Assembly (NCBI GenBank): GCA_964187785.1
Contig: OZ076409.1
Span: 51,710,001-51,774,000, forward strand
Source: Amphiscolops sp. MND2022
Lineage: Eukaryota
Direction of reading: 5' to 3'
Length of the DNA: 64,000 bases
The notes below the pieces were generated by a model. That model saw only the letters and a list, made by a program, of their open reading frames with translations. It did no database searches and was not told where the DNA came from. Shown here piece by piece: positions 50,442 to 64,000 of this stretch; the first letter of the stretch is position 1; each line of letters opens with the position of its first letter. Position numbers and translations under genes: made by a program.

Positions 50442-50528
50442 TGGCTTCAGTGCGGGACTCGAACCGATGTACTACTGCTTCGCAAGCCCCGTCACTAGTC
50501 CTTAAAAGTTGCGTTAACTGCTAGACCA
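50442..50528 (-). other. tRNA-derived sequence (SINE head or tRNA pseudogene)
   Basis: A-box-like TGGTCTAGCAG, B-box GGTTCGAGTCC, ends in CCA; no convincing cloverleaf. Confidence 0.4.
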
Positions 50529-53500
50529 AAAAGCGGGACCTCTTCCGTATAATATTTATCAAATTTAATACAAGACGCCCGCTATGCACCGGGATATTTT
50601 CCGCCTTCAATTGGCTAACTACAGACGCTTAATCAAAACATTACTCCTCCTTCGTAAAACGCGATTACTTCGGATATAACGTCAAAATTCGGATATAGCG
50701 CAATAATTTCGAACCTCTGCCTACTCCATGGTAAAACGCAACTTACTTCGCATATAGCGTGATGGTAGAAATGGAAGTAAAAAACTACATGTGAGTAAGT
50801 AATATGTGAGTAAGTACATATGAGTAAGTACATGTGAGTAAGTAAATAGAGCAAGTATAAAATGGGGATTTGGCAGAATTTTGAAAAAAAACGCAACACA
50901 GATCATGATTTTCCTACCCCATTTATGTGGGCGGAAAATAAAAAGTGGACCTTTCACGGTGACTGAGTAAAAAATCCTGCCACTTTAAGACTCGTTCACT
51001 TTTTCGAAAAGAGTCGACTAAAAATAATGGTTTCAACATAGATTCACAACAAAAGTGGCAGACTAAATCAAATCTTTCGACAAAATGCAAGAGCTGATAT
51101 CTAAGTGCTACATAGAAATTTGCATAAGTTCGTCAATCCAAGAACATCGGTTTATAAGGAGACATCAAAATCTAATTCTTTTGACTCGCCTCTTGACATT
51201 AGAGGACTGGCCAGTAAAGGCTAACTAGGTGAGGAGTAGTCACGAGGTCACTTCGCGCCTCTTCAAACTTTCAAGCCTCGAAACTCTGCTCACGCCCAAT
51301 CTCTGAGTGAAGTACCACTTCTGCGGAAGGTATTCGTGACTGCCCTGCGACAATGGAAGATAGTAAAATATTTTAAGGATTTTGAGTGCCATCCAGTAAG
51401 ATTTCCAGAGAGCAAACATTGTGCTCGTCGCATGACCATGAAGAACGCCAGGAAGGCATTGCTAGATTCTCTCTGCTACCATAGATATCTTCCAGCTGAC
51501 GAAGCGTGATTGCGTCAACGGAAAACCACCGCTGAAAGACTGAACTCATTACGGGCCGCCTCAGCTTCACCATCAGGCAAGCGACCTTGTGAAAGCAGCT
51601 GTTAAGTCCTTGGAGAATCTCCACAACTCAACACTCAACACACTGCGACATCGTGTCTTGCCAAAAACTCCTCAAACTCAGTATGATACCCGTTTTCACG
51701 AAGACAAGTGTTAAATATCTTCAGATTATCATCAGAAAACTCAAACATTTCAAAGACATTTGCTTCAAGCATCAGAATCAGGCGAAAAAGTCATCTTTTT
51801 GGGTTCAATCCAGTAAAAGAAACTGAATTCAGAATAATTACGTCAATCATAGTTGGAGGTTCCAACCACAAACTGCTTCTTGAAGCTTGCAACTCCAAAA
51901 CTCACAGTAAATGTAGCTGTGCATCCAGATAGTTTCCATTGTGGCTCCTTGGTTTTTGAACCCAAGACGTGACTACAGAAATAGTGACACTGCTTAGATT
52001 TATTTCTCTTCTCGGAAAGAAAAGAAGTATGTGACACAGTCGAGGGCCTGTGTGAGTTCAGTAGTGTTACCACGAGGCACATCAGAGTGAGGTAACATAT
52101 AGCACAACACTCTCTCAGAGCTCAACAACAACACAAGACAAAACAAACTTGAGGGACAAAAAAAACATCTACAAAGTTGAATCAATTTTTTCCCTGTCGT
52201 ATAAATCTTTATTTGCATGATTCGCGGAATAGAAACCTTTACGATTTTAGGAATGAAATTTTCAGATATTTATTGTCAATCAACATTAAAAGCAAAGATC
52301 GAAATTAAGGCCACAGCATTTCTCTCGCTTTTCTTCAATAAACCAGTGTTTTGAAGATAGTTCTAGTCATCGCAATATGCATGAGAAAGTTAGAAATATC
52401 CAAAATTTCGGAAAAGTAAGATAACGCGTATTGTCTTCAATAGACATTCAAATGAGATTCTATTGTATATTTTGGTCAATCCTTGATACTTTTTGGCCGC
52501 TGAGCTTTTTCGTCCATTTTTTTGCACTTTGCTATTTGCAACAACTCAGATTTATTGTTCCTGATTTTGATTTTACAGGGTTATGACGATCATTCGAATG
52601 AAATTTTAGAAACTTCGGTGCAACGGATCAAGGGGAAAAATTAGATTCGTTCACAAGGTTATATAATTGTCCTGAATGAGGCTTCAAAGGCCAACCGTTT
52701 CTCAATAATTTCAACGAATTCCAGTAGTGTGTTGACTCTTTTCAAGATAAATGTTTTATTTATCAACATAAAACTGGAGATCAATGGCTCTTTTTAAAAT
52801 TCAGAAAATTTCATCGAATAAATATCTTCAAGAAGCCACAGATTCGTTCACTTACCATAGATCGCAAGGAACCAGAATTTTTGGGAGTTATCCATTGTTC
52901 CATCTGTGCCTAGTTTGTTCAGGTTTCCTTTTGGGGAAGAAACAATTCTGAGACGTTTTCTATGACATCATATATTTTCTTCAAACCATACAAGGCAAGT
53001 AAATTGGCTTCTCAGAAACGCATTTCCAGCATTCAAGTAGTTTTCATTATAGCTCCTTGATTTTAAAGATGAAACATTGCTACAAAAAGGGAACCACTGG
53101 AGTTCTCTATACTTCCCGGATAGCCGGTTTATTGAAGTTTTGAAGTTTATTCTTCGTGGTTTTCTATTGACCCTATGGTTATTTTTAGGATGTCGCCTAT
53201 CCATGTGGTTCTTTCAAAGTTAGGGGCTTTGAACTTTCACTTGGAAAATTGAGGGATTAAAATCACTTTTGAACCGATAGTATCCGGTAAACTCGCCACC
53301 CGCTTTTGCGAAATAGCATGGTTTTTGGGCTCGTTTCGTTAGTTTCATTTGGCTATTGAGGTGAAATTTGAAGGAAATTAGAGAACTTAGTTCAAAAATG
53401 CCGGAATCAATAGGCCAGTTCTTCTGGTTCCTTTAACTTTCTTAATCCGAAGATCGTACCTTGTATTACTTCGAGTTTGTAAACATTAGCATAGAGAACA

Positions 53501-55531
53501 AATGAGTTTGAAATGAATTTCCAAACTGTTTTAAAACAATGCTTTCTGTCACTAACTCTCGATAAAAGTTATCACGATTCACATCATAGTAATGAACTGT
53601 TTATCTGATCACAAAAATAGTTGACATCATGCTCAACCGTATATCCGTTTAATACGTTTAATCCGGAATACGTTACATCCGCAGATAATAAAATCAATGA
53701 ATGAATTACGGTATCACCGATGACGACATACCCAACTTTCCTGATAATTGTTAAATACAAAAATTTCTAACCACACAATTCCAATACTTCATAACAGAAT
53801 GTGCTTTATCCAAATTATTTACATTATATGCTGCTCTTATTGTCACAGCCCGCTCCCGGACTGAGTTGCAGTTGCAGCAGAGTGGGCTTTTGAAGAGGAA
53901 ATGGTTGTACGTCGAAACTGCCTAAGTGGTATTTCAACTTCTGAGCTATAAATTTCCAAAATAAACTGTGACCTAAAAGAAAATACTAGCCAAAATTCAG
54001 AAAATCTAAAATGCAAAAGACTACCGAAATGAACAAAATAAAATGAATTCACGCATTTCCGTCAAGAAATTTAGGCCACGTCGGAAATGAGTCCATTCTC
54101 CGCCTGAACCCTTAAATAGGATACGCGTCTTAAAAATATCTAATGGAAATTACATTGGAAAATAGTCATCAAAGCATTACGCCTTTTCTGAGATGAGCGA
54201 TTAGTGCGAACTGGGACAACGAAACGACGTTTAGCAAACAATTACGACAGCGCCGGCCGATTTTACTTTTTTGTGACGTCAGCACGACGCAAACGGTACT
54301 GAGAATACTCGAGGCGTAGTTAATCCCCTCCAATTTAACGACACGGCTATGTCACGATTAAAGCAGCTAGGTAGAACTTCATTTCGATTTCTCGTCAGCA
54401 TTACGTTGAACTAGGCAGCCTGCTAGCCAAGCTAGCCGTCAACACTACGTCACAAAATTATGGAGATGAATGTTTTGACTGATAATTAAATTGAAACCAC
54501 TGTGTCGCAGGCTGCCGCCTGCGACGTTACCCTAAACCACGTATTGCCAGAAATAACGCGACACTACCAGCTCCTGGGGTATTATCCAACTAAAACAATA
54601 TTTAGAACAGTCGCCTTGCACTCATTGTGCTATTTTATATTCAAAATAGGTAATTTGACTAAATTGCAGCTACTAATTATGTAATTCCGCCTTTTGCTAG
54701 TTTCATTGACCGCATACCAATGATGCATGTGTTTTGAGGTTGCGATTGTTATACTATTAATTGAAATGTTACAATAGTACGATTGAAAATATTTACTAAA
54801 GACCTATAAATACGTTGGATAGTTATCAATGTAAACTTTAGAAAATCATTTTAAGCACTGTAAATTCTATTTGAACGGTGCTTTTCATCGCCAAATTGGA
54901 AATGCGTTCAACTGGTACCGTGTTGCACTCCAGATGACACATGGTTATACCAGCAGTTGATCAGACACAGTGCTTGTCCATTTAGTGGTTTACTATAGTC
55001 AACAGGGCGTTACATCAACTTTCAAATGTATGTAGCTTAATAGTTTGTTGATGCAGTTACTTTGACGCTTAGTCAAAATGTTTGTTCTGTAGTAATAGAG
55101 AAACATGAAGCGATTCTACTTTAGTACATGTATTTATATCCACTTTTACTTCGCTTTATAGTAACCAATTGACAAGGTGACGTCACGTCTCAAACCGTTA
55201 TGTTCTAATTATAGATACTATGATGTATTACTAGGGTATTACTATTTTTAGAATATGACATCATCTACTATTCTTATATTATGACCATCAACATATTGCG
55301 TGTCACGGTGCTAGGATTAAAAACACCAGTACGCCTTACTCGCGGAGACACAACTGCGGACAAAAATACATGAATCAAGACGACCAGAAATCTTAAACTT
55401 GACTTGCAGTCAAAACTGATCATAGTTTTGTTCTCAAAGTTTGATTAACAAGTGATTTCAGTTTGATACATTCACTTTAATATTGAGGCTACAAGGTTAA
55501 TTCAACCCTTTAGTCCAATCATTTCTTCGCT

Positions 55532-56155
55532 ATGCCTTCAACTAGAAAGCAAAAGGCAAGATAGAAGCGTTCCAGACAGTCTGACGTATTATCGGATATT
55601 GAAAATTTAGATGTCCTGTTAGTGAACTGTCACGGAAATGATCAAGTTAGAGACGAAATCGTCAGTGAAGCAGCTTTTGACCTAGGCTCTAGTAGACAAC
55701 ACGGAGGATCAAACTTGGTTAAGGGGAACTTTGAGCCACTTTTGAATACCATCTTTCTTAGTGAAAAAAGTGGAAATACTGCTGAAACTAGTAGAGCAAT
55801 CTATTCCAAAATTTCTTCCAAAATGTCCAGAAAGCTTGAGGAAACGAAATCAGACTTGAATTCACACATTTTAGACGTAATCAACTATGCAATTGAAGAA
55901 AAGGTGATTCCGAGCATCAAAAAGGCAGGAGGAGGCAAAAATTCAGATAAAAACACAAATTTGGATCTTGGTTTTAGTCAAGTACGTCCTTAGAGAGACT
56001 TTTGGTCAAATGACGGCATCCAAAAAAAGTTAGCCAATCGGCCCAGGATGCTCAGAATGACTACCCCAGATTAGTAGCAATAAGTAGTAACCGAATTATT
56101 CACCGTTGAGAGAATTCCGTGGATTCTAGTTGCAGTGATGATGATGGTTACGACG
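55532..56155 (+). pseudogene. Degenerate gag-like N-terminal relic (in-frame stop)
   Basis: MPSTRKQKAR*KRSRQSDVLSDIENLDVLL...AIEEKVIPSIK. Confidence 0.55.
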
Positions 56156-57060
56156 AACTGGTTTTTAAGTAAGGATTTATTGGATAAAAGAAATTCAAAT
56201 GTACATCACATTAACGTCACTAAAGGAAAACTGCCGTAGAACAACACAGTTATATTCGAAATGCAAGGAGGAGTGATTAAAACAACGTTTGATGATATTT
56301 TAGTAGTTCATTAATAAAGTTTTCGTATTCTGGCATTTTGCTTGGCAAGCATTGTTTCGTTGAACGACAACGCAAAGTCAATTTCCAATGGAAACGAAAG
56401 AAATCCTATTTTTACGTCTCGCCTACGTCAACCAAAAGGCAGCGAACATGTAAACTAGGATTTTGGCGTTATTGTCATTATAATATTCTTTCATAATTTA
56501 TGCTAGTAATTTTAACTGAAAAGGTCACAGCTTTTGAGCAAGTTGAAATGAAACTGTTAGTGATAGTGTCTGTTATAAACGTTTAACCCAACCTTGATCA
56601 GTGCGATTTGATTCGAAATGTTTTCTTAACATTTGGTCCAATATTCTTGATTGGTAGTTGACACCTGTTATTTTTACTGCCAGCCAAAGCAGGTGCTCTC
56701 ATTCTATTCGTGTTAAAGCCTACGTTGATGTTAGAATATTAATGATATTTCGCTTGAAAATTTTACTTACGACGTTGCCACGTCGATCAGTAATATTTTG
56801 TTCGATCTATTAATGTTCGTGATTATTAGTTAAGAGACAGATAGTCAAGCCCTTAGTGTGTCTTACTTTTTACCTTTTTAGCATCACTACGAATAGCCGT
56901 TTTGGAAAATAGTCATAATTTTCTTTTTGGGATATCAATATCAGGTATTTGTTGTTCACGCCAGCGTTAGCTCCGCATCATTTTTTCTACGAAACGGGGC
57001 AGCAAAACAGGGAATTATTTCGAGTTTGAATGACTGAAGTAAAATTTACTTCCTAAGCAG

Positions 57061-57177
57061 GTGAAAGTGAAGGAAGCGAACAATTACCTGAAAGTGAGCC
57101 TAGAAGTTTTTACACACCTACGAGATCCGTAAAAATAAACTCCACTCAAAGTAACGACCTGGACACAGATCGTAACA
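57061..57177 (+). pseudogene. Relic homologous to the 5' gag of the large Gypsy element
   Basis: EPRSFYTPTRSVKINSTQSNDLDTDRN versus ETRSFYTPTKSVRISSTQNDPIVCRN at ~36310-36234. Confidence 0.65.
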
Positions 57178-60100
57178 ATTATCACATCCTGTTCCTATAT
57201 CAGAGTTCACTTCGAAGAGGTCAACCTGTGCAAGAACTGAGCCCACATCGTTTTTGAAATGTTACTGTTTTACTGTGCTTTAATTATTGTTCGAAAGAGT
57301 TCAAAATAGAACTAATGTCTTCTAATAGAACTAATAGTTCTAATGTCTTAATGTGCAAGAAAGAGCAAAATTTAAAGAATATTACATGACATCTGTCTCA
57401 ACTAGAGTCTCAGATCAACTAACAACATTTCTTCAAAAAAAAATTTTTAGTTTTACACAATACCGAAAACTATAACCACATTCAAGGCAATGTCATTTGG
57501 AAATCTGTTTATTCGGTTTATTTGAAACAAAAACAAACACTCTTTCATCATGTTTAAAAGGTTCTTAAAGGTGACACAAAAGCTGGCTTCTGGAGTAGAA
57601 ACACTTTTCATTTTTCTCATCATTTTTTGTACCGATACGTTTGTAAAATGAACAAGATGGGAACGTCTAAAATCGGCGCTATTTCTAAGCCTCAAAAAGC
57701 GCAGATTTGGAATATGCGTCGGACGTTTTCATGGAAAACTCCTGTTTCCAGACCTCTGCCTCCTACTTACAAAAACGCAATATAGTTCGGATATAACGTC
57801 AAAAGTTCGGAAATAGCACTTAATTCCGTATATTACGAGGCGGGACTTCAATAAAATTGAAAGCTTTTGAAGACAAAAAAATTTCGAAAAAAAATCTCAC
57901 AGCGCCGAAAAAACTTGGAAGGGGACCCTTAATCTCATCCGGTTTTGTATGTACGTTTAAAAAGTAAAAATTGGAAGGGAGATAATTTGGATGCAATACC
58001 CTTGTTGAACTTACTTGAACTTTTTATATGTTCTTTAAAGTTGCCAGCAACTTTTTCAATGATTTTCTAAATCTCTTACGGAAACTTCAATGCGTTATTA
58101 TTTCCCTGTTGTCATCAACTTTTATCAAGCTGCTTCAAAGAATCATCAAAGTTTTGGCGGCAATTTCAAGCCGTGAAGTTCTGCGAGTTTTATTATGCAT
58201 CAGTTCTAATTTTAAATGCATCTGAGACGTTCACAATTTTGCCGCCATTTCAATGCAATTTAATTTCATTCACAGTGTAAACAGCAAGCTAGCGTCATCT
58301 TCATCGTCCTATTTGAGAAACGGTGGTTAAATCAGATGAGTAGTTGAGAAATTAATGTGTGAATAAAACGTGATCATGTCCATAAAGAATAGGGAAATAT
58401 TTTCAAATTTAATTGCAGTAGTGGAGAATGCAGTGTAACTCTACAAGATTTACCACCGGATGCATACTGAATTTTCTAGGTTTTATAAAAAATTACCCTG
58501 CATGCAGGCCTGCAGCATGTAAAAAGTTCAAGCAGTCTCAACTAGGGTAACTTAGACTGAACAAAAATTTCGTCGCTTCAAGTCTGTCTTTAAAAAGAAA
58601 CGAAACGAGTGACTGTAATATTAATAGAAGCGCCGACTAAACACAAGCCAGGAACGGTATAAGTCGGCGCCCCGCTTGAAGCGCAACAAAAGCAAAAGTA
58701 TTTCAAGTTTGTATTGATATCAAGAGAGGGCTGAATTTTCGAAATAGGTTCAAAAAGCAATTAAGTTTTTTTAAATAGGTTCTTTTCAAAAAGTTTTATT
58801 TCCCAATTCAGAATTCGAGAAACTTGCATCGAACGTGCATTTAACAATGAATTACACTTGAGCTTGTTGAAAATATTGCTACTAGGATTTTATAGATTTC
58901 AGGTAGAACATTTTTCTTCAAAACAGAAAGATCTCAGATTGACAATTAGTCCAAACTGGGAACCTTTGGGGAAAATTTAGTTTTTCTGGCATGATTATTG
59001 CACCATTTTCTCCGCCGGTTGATAATATTTTTTTAAAGGGACCATTGGTTTCTCTTAAAGAATGAAAGACTCACAGGAAGACTTTTTCGATTGAAGAAGC
59101 TTCTACAAGAGTTCTTAGGATGATATATTCTTGAGTAGGACTCAGTTTTTTTATACTTCAACAAAATACCTTTTACTTCAGCACATCGAGTAGCAACACT
59201 TCTTTTAACATCGCCAAGGTCTGGTTCACGAAATTTTGGAGTTTTATCCCAACCAAACGCTTATCGAAGTTTGTTTAAGTATTTAATAAGACGCCCGCTG
59301 AGCAGAGAAATATTTTCCGCCCAAACTGTTCTACAACTACATAAATGTTCCACGAAAAGAAAACTTTGATTCATCCTATCACATTTTAGAGGAAGCCCCT
59401 AATTTTTTATTTCTGCGATACCTGGCATTTTTTTGTTTTTTTTTCCATAAAATTTTCCATAATTTTTTTTGGGAAAATTTTTCAAAAAACATTATTTAAA
59501 TTTTTAGTTTTTGAAGTTTTCTGTAAAAGAAACAAGTTTCCCGAGTCTTGAGGGTGACCTCTTTGTTACTTTTGATCATGTGGAATTGATGAGTTTTCTT
59601 TTTGATTGTGGAAAATACCTCATTCCAGTTTTTTTCCGACTCTGTGCATCTTTCCGAAGTTTCATTTGATCAAAGTGTACCCCTTGCATTCATAGCAAAT
59701 TTCGGCTCAGAAACGTAGTTTTGCGAGCTGAAACTAGTTTCGCCAACAAAGGACTTTGCCGGACAAATAAAAAAGTAGAGTTTTTGTGATTCCTTTTGGG
59801 CGAAAAAAGGTTTGCTAGTCTCAGGCGTATTTCTTGAGGCAATTTTTTGCACTGAGAAAATGGTTAAAGCTTGAAACTAGGTCCTTTGTAAATTCAATAA
59901 AGTTGAGCTATCCCGGTTTGTCATTTCATTGCACATAGTTTCACCAGAAGTTTCAAAATTTCAAATAGTTTTAATCAATTTGAGGAACTTTTCTAACATG
60001 AATCTACCGATGTGTCATCAAATTTAGGCCTGCTGGACACCGAGTTTAATTGTTGTTGAATGCTTACACCATTCAAACCGACGAAATAGCTCAAAATGTT

Positions 60101-61159
60101 GTTATTTGGAAGGTGTACTCCATATCTAGAGATTTGCATGGAGGTTTCTGAAAAATAAATAATGGACAAATGAGCTCGAACCTTATGTTTTTAAGTAAAT
60201 TTTTTGAAAAGTGTGCAAACAAACTTCTCTGATATCTTTTCGAAACTCTACCGGTAGCTAGACCTATGAATTTTCTGATTGAAGTAAGTTTTCGGAAAGG
60301 TTCCAAAAACTGGACTATGTTGTCTAAAAAAAGAAAGTTCGGAAATTAGACACCATTGTTGTAAACTCGATGAACTTCATCCCCCAATTGGGTTTTGAAT
60401 AGCTTGATGTGTAAACGTTCAGGTCATTGGAAGTTCTATTCTTAAAACACTTTCGTGGTTTGAACTAAAAATTGGGACTAGTTTGTCAAAAAACGTGATT
60501 TTTGGTTGTTTCAAGAATTTTTGGGTGTTTTTGAGACCAAAAAAGCATATATATCTTTGAAATTGCCTCCTGGAGATACCGGAATAAGTCATCGTTGAGG
60601 TTTTAAAACCATTTATTTCAGGAAGCATATCAAAAATTGAACAACAAACTGCCAAAAATATAATGAAAAAATTTGAAATTCTCTGTTCACCAATATTTGG
60701 GTCAACTGAGGAAACTTTGGACCATAAATTTGAACAACACGTGCATCGGACTTTAATCCATCATCTCGAGGTTTTCGAAACTTTTATTTTACAAAAAGTT
60801 TTCTCAAATAAAAATCCACTGAAAATATCGGATAGCGACAAAAATTTCCCAACTTTCGCCATTTTGCGTTCAATTTCCAGCCATTTACCAACCGATGTCT
60901 GCAAATATTCCTTTTAAAGCCTAATGGATTATGAGTTCAGTTTTTGTTGATCGTTTGCGGACATTCTGACACCAAAACTATCCAAAAAGTAGTACACAAG
61001 TTTCACAAAAACGAAGATGTTAAATTTTTTCGGCTCCTTTGGAGTGTAAGCAAAAAGTGTAATGCATAGCTGAATGCTTTACAAATTGAACTTAACTGGT
61101 AACAAAAGCGCACCCAACAAACGAAGTTGCCCAAGCTTTAGGCGTTTTGACGCTCAAGT

Positions 61160-62260
61160 CCACGAAGTCTCTTGTTATTTTGACAAAAAATTGAACAAAA
61201 AGAGTAAAAATCTGAAATTTTTTTTGAAATTTCGTCCTTTAGGATGTCGATTCCGGACATCTTTCGTTCAAAAAACTGCATTCATTTCTTTTATAAGGAT
61301 ACTGGACAACACATTCTTTCCCTGTTGACCTTTTTCAACGTTCCAATCCACAAAGTCCGTTGAAAATTTGGGGGAAAATGGTAAAATCTTTGAAAATTGA
61401 AAAATTTTGAGATTTTCGTTAATTTCGGTGTCAATTTGAGACAATTTCATTCAAAACATTGCAATTACCTTTTCATTAAAGAATACTGGACGTTTTAAAC
61501 CACGAAGTCTGTCGAAACTTTAACAAAAAATGCATAAAGCTTCGAAAACTAGAAAGTTTTTGGTTTTTTGACATTTTTGGTGTCAGTTTGAGACATTGTC
61601 ATTTAAAAACTGCAATAAACTCTTCGGGAAAACCTACTGGACAACACATTCTTTCCTTGTTGACCCTTTTCAAAGTTCCAATCTACAATGTTTGTCGAAA
61701 ATTTCTAAATAAAAAAGGCATAAAATCATTGAAAATTGGAAATTTCTGCCATTTTTGTCATTCTCGGTGTCAATTTGCGACTATTTCATCTAAAAAAATG
61801 GAGTACACTCTTCAAAAACGACTACTGGACAATCAACCCTTTCCTTGTTGACCCCTTAAAACAATCCAATCCACGAAGTCTGTCCAAAATTTGACAAAAA
61901 ATTCGTAAAAACTTTGAAAAATGAAACAGTTTGGGATTTTTGTCATTTTCGGTGTCAATTTGAGACTTTGTCATTCGGAAAACAGCAATTATCTCTACGG
62001 AAAAGCCTACCGGACAACCAACTAGTACCATGTTGAGCGTTTTCAAGATTCTAATCCACGAACTCTATAGAAAATTTGACAAAAATTGCATAAAAACGTT
62101 AAAAATCGGAAATTTTTTTTGCTACATTTGTGTCTTTTTCTTCCAAAAAAACGCATTTATCTCTTCATAAATGACTACTGGACAACCATTTCGTGTCTTG
62201 TTGAAACGTTTCATTGGAATCCACGACATCTATCAAAAAATATACAAAAATTGCAATAAA
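61160..62260 (+). repeat. Degenerate tandem array, roughly 150-190-bp unit
   Basis: Recurrent CCACGAAGTCTGTCGAAA, GGTGTCAATTTGAGAC and ACTACTGGACAA motifs in the same order about 6 times. Confidence 0.65.
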
Positions 62261-64000
62261 ATTTAAAAAAAAATTGGAAATTTTTGCAAACTTTCTCTTT
62301 TTGGGGTCATATTTGTGTTATTTTGGGGTCATTGTGGGGTCTTTGGGGTCAGCTTAAAACGTCAGAAAATCTCCACAAATACAAACCGCAGGAAGCTAAA
62401 TTTATGTGAGTTGAATTCTAAGGGTAACACCTTGAAAGTTAAACTTAAATTTGGTGCTTGGCAACTTTTGTAAAAAAACCGTTTGATTTAAATATTTTCC
62501 TTTCCCATATGAAATTTGGGCGGAAAATAAAAATCTTGGTGCATCATTATCAACATTTGACAAAATATGTGACGTGATCAAAATTGTAACGTCAACCAGC
62601 TTGATGACAAAAATGCACTCGAAATACGCCGCGTAGAAGTGTTTTATGCAGTGTGTCTGTGCAGCTTGGCAGGTACCCAGAGTTAGTACGGAATACGCAA
62701 AAAGTGAGCACACCACCAAAAACAGCCACCAATACACCATCGCGCAGAACCCCGGGCACACCGTGATGCACCCGAGCATTGCAAAAATGAAGAGATTGGC
62801 TTCCAATTTAATACAGAAAATCCTGTACTATGGCTTGTTTTTTATGCAATATATGAATTATTCCGCAGATCCGGATCTCTTTCAGGCCTTGATGCGGTGT
62901 GTTTGCGGGAATAATAGCAAGGGAAGCCACAAAAAACTGTATTTTTGCAGTATATTCGGGTATTTTGTAAATGTGTGATCTCACAGATCTGTCATTTTTA
63001 CTTTTTTCATCTAATTTAATGCATTTTGCCTAATTGTCATTTTCAGACCTCGGAGTTATGTAGTAAGACTCAGGAACCCTCGGAATTGTTTTTAGGTACT
63101 TGGGAGACGTGTCTAAAACGTGACTTGTTCTAATATGAGAAGCCTCCTGGACACATGAAAAGCCCTCCCGTTTTTTAGGTAAAAACTGATCTTTCGATTT
63201 CTGTAGTACCAACATCTCCTGTGTAAACAACTTGAGCATTTTGACAGTTCTAGATCGTGCTAATTTTTTTGGACCTTACAGCTAGAAAAGAATTATTGCT
63301 TAAAAATTTTTTGAAAAAAAATCAATGTTAATTACCCGAGTTGACCCTCTTACTAGCATCTTGGCTGTCTTGGCAAGATCTTGCCAAATTCTTAGTACAT
63401 CTTGGCAGCCATGGATCCCATGGCAAGATTCTTATTAAGATCTTACTAAGATAATACTTATTCCAAGATCGTATCTTATCACGATGGACAAAATTTTAAG
63501 ATTATTAAAAAACACTATACCTTCGGTACAAGCAGCCGAGACTCAATCTAAAGGCTCATTTCACCCGACAACGACTGTTTCTACTCGTTTTCATAATCAA
63601 AATGCTTAAACCTTCTGAAAAAATTTTGCATGCAAAAATGCGTGAAAAATTACGATAACGTAGTCTGGCTTCAGAAATTCTGACGAGAATCCTAATAATT
63701 CCTCACCTGTTTAAGACTGAAAAAAGCCGTATGTACCAAATGAAAGGTAATTTCAAGGGCTTTTCAAAACTTGTAATTTATCATTTCTGTCGATTCCAGA
63801 GACGGAGAAATATGCTCTCAAACGTCCAGACCCACTATCGAAAAGTTACAAAGGAAAGACCTTGAAATCCTGAAATTTTTGTATAAATCATATTTCAAGC
63901 TTTCTTTGAGCCTGTTTCGCAGCCTTATTACTGCTAGAAACGGCGGTCATTGCTCTAATTTGGGTAATGATTCAGCTCAACGCTTTTCTGACGCCGTTGT

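Noticed and set aside
62402..62978. Hydrophobic ORFs suggesting a membrane protein
   Set aside because: No recognisable motif or consistent splice structure; at most a decayed fragment

Overview
Eukaryotic (animal-like, intron-containing, about 36-40% GC by eye), repeat-rich DNA with no recognisable host housekeeping gene. The main structure is a Ty3/Gypsy LTR retrotransposon on the minus strand whose gag gene is split by a ~27.8-kb insertion (8236-36073). The insertion has 22-bp terminal inverted repeats (CATTACGATACAC...) and a 2-bp GT target-site duplication, and removing it restores the gag frame (MPKAV|TASLP). It looks like a giant cut-and-paste DNA transposon. It encodes a spliced RAG1/Transib/CMC-like DDE transposase fused to a BRCT domain, plus a chromatin toolkit: a SET-domain protein with a tyrosine-recombinase-like region, a Zn-finger + KDM2/KDM7-type JmjC protein, a Tudor/chromo-barrel-like protein, two RING proteins and an RVxF-motif ORF. 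Its non-coding DNA carries about 25 copies of a 20-bp motif, many near-perfect hairpins, 191-bp subterminal direct repeats and several nested MITEs. The host Gypsy also carries a spliced antisense gene downstream of pol. The right half of the window holds a non-coding LTR element (42318-48172), gag/LTR relics and decayed repeats. All domain calls are by visual motif recognition; no searches were run.
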